Source: Nemertoderma westbladi | Lineage: Eukaryota > Animalia > Xenacoelomorpha | Length of the DNA: 64,000 nucleotides | NCBI GenBank assembly: GCA_032718475.1 | Contig: JAUCBJ010001431.1 | Location: 1 to 64,000 of the forward strand | Direction of reading: 5' to 3' | Part shown: positions 63,609-64,000 of the stretch, one piece after another | Layout: every line of letters begins with the position of its first letter | Numbering within the stretch: position 1 is the first letter of the stretch | Made by a program: the position numbers and the translations under genes | The notes under the pieces: model-generated | Database searches by the model: none | The model's input: only the letters and a program-made list of their open reading frames with translations | Told to the model about the DNA's origin: nothing

Positions 63609-64000
63609 TGTTAGCTTATTCAATTCCGCTAACACCCCACAAAGTAAGCCGTTAAGCAATATTGGGAGCACGAGGTTGGGTAATCAACAACTCGTGCCAC
63701 CCCAACAAAGTGGGAAGGAGAAACACACAATAGGGGTCAGGGGCCATACCCCTGACAGAGAGAGAATAGCAGGAGTGAGGGGAAACACTCCAAAGGGCGC
63801 CAACAGGGATATTAGCCAATGGGGGGAAGGCACCGGCTAGGTACTGTAACAACGGCCAAACCGTGCAATATATATTATTAGGTATCAGTAATCAGTTATT
63901 CAGTTATCTCATTTGTGTTAGTCGGTTAGCTAGGGTAGAGCGGAGACTTCTAAGACCGTCCTCGCCTACCACCATTATCTGTACATACCGTGAATCTATA
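63609..64000 (+). repeat. Bel-C 3' LTR (partial) preceded by PPT GGGGGGGAG
   Basis: Direct repeat of 50476-50867. Confidence 0.95.

Larger units (their letters stand above)
50476..64000 (+). mobile_element. Near full-length Bel/Pao LTR retrotransposon Bel-C with accessory ORF3 (3' LTR runs off the window)
   Basis: Two LTRs differ at 2 of 392 comparable bases. Order is gag-PR-RT-RH-IN, hairpin array, ORF3, PPT. Confidence 0.95.

Overview
This window is eukaryotic (metazoan-like) DNA that is almost entirely transposon-derived. It holds three Bel/Pao-type LTR retrotransposons. Bel-A (~18.55-29.5 kb) is decayed. Bel-B (~29.5-33.74 kb) is internally deleted and fused to Bel-A. Bel-C (50476 to past the window end) is near full length and has near-identical LTRs. 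There is also a minus-strand remnant of a fourth LTR-like element (~3.3-4.9 kb), four non-LTR (LINE) copies or fragments, a Harbinger transposase pseudogene, several foldback MITEs, a Helitron-like end and a ~5.2 kb inverted duplication (26624-31882 vs 37701-42921). Two paralogous two-exon genes encode type II membrane proteins with a mucin stalk and a fibrinogen-related domain. The main observations are: (1) an accessory ORF downstream of pol combines a DEDDy/RNase D-like 3'-5' exonuclease with a triple Cys/His zinc-knuckle module, and homologs occur in three divergent elements; (2) Bel-C has no tRNA primer-binding site, but the bases right after its 5' LTR are complementary to its own R region with the 3' end placed exactly at the LTR edge, suggesting Tf1-like self-priming; (3) hairpin arrays with compensatory changes lie between pol and the 3' region, and a conserved structured element lies before the PPT; (4) divergence between the two fibrinogen-domain paralogs is concentrated in the ligand-binding end. 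All family calls come from recognising motifs by eye; no database searches were run.
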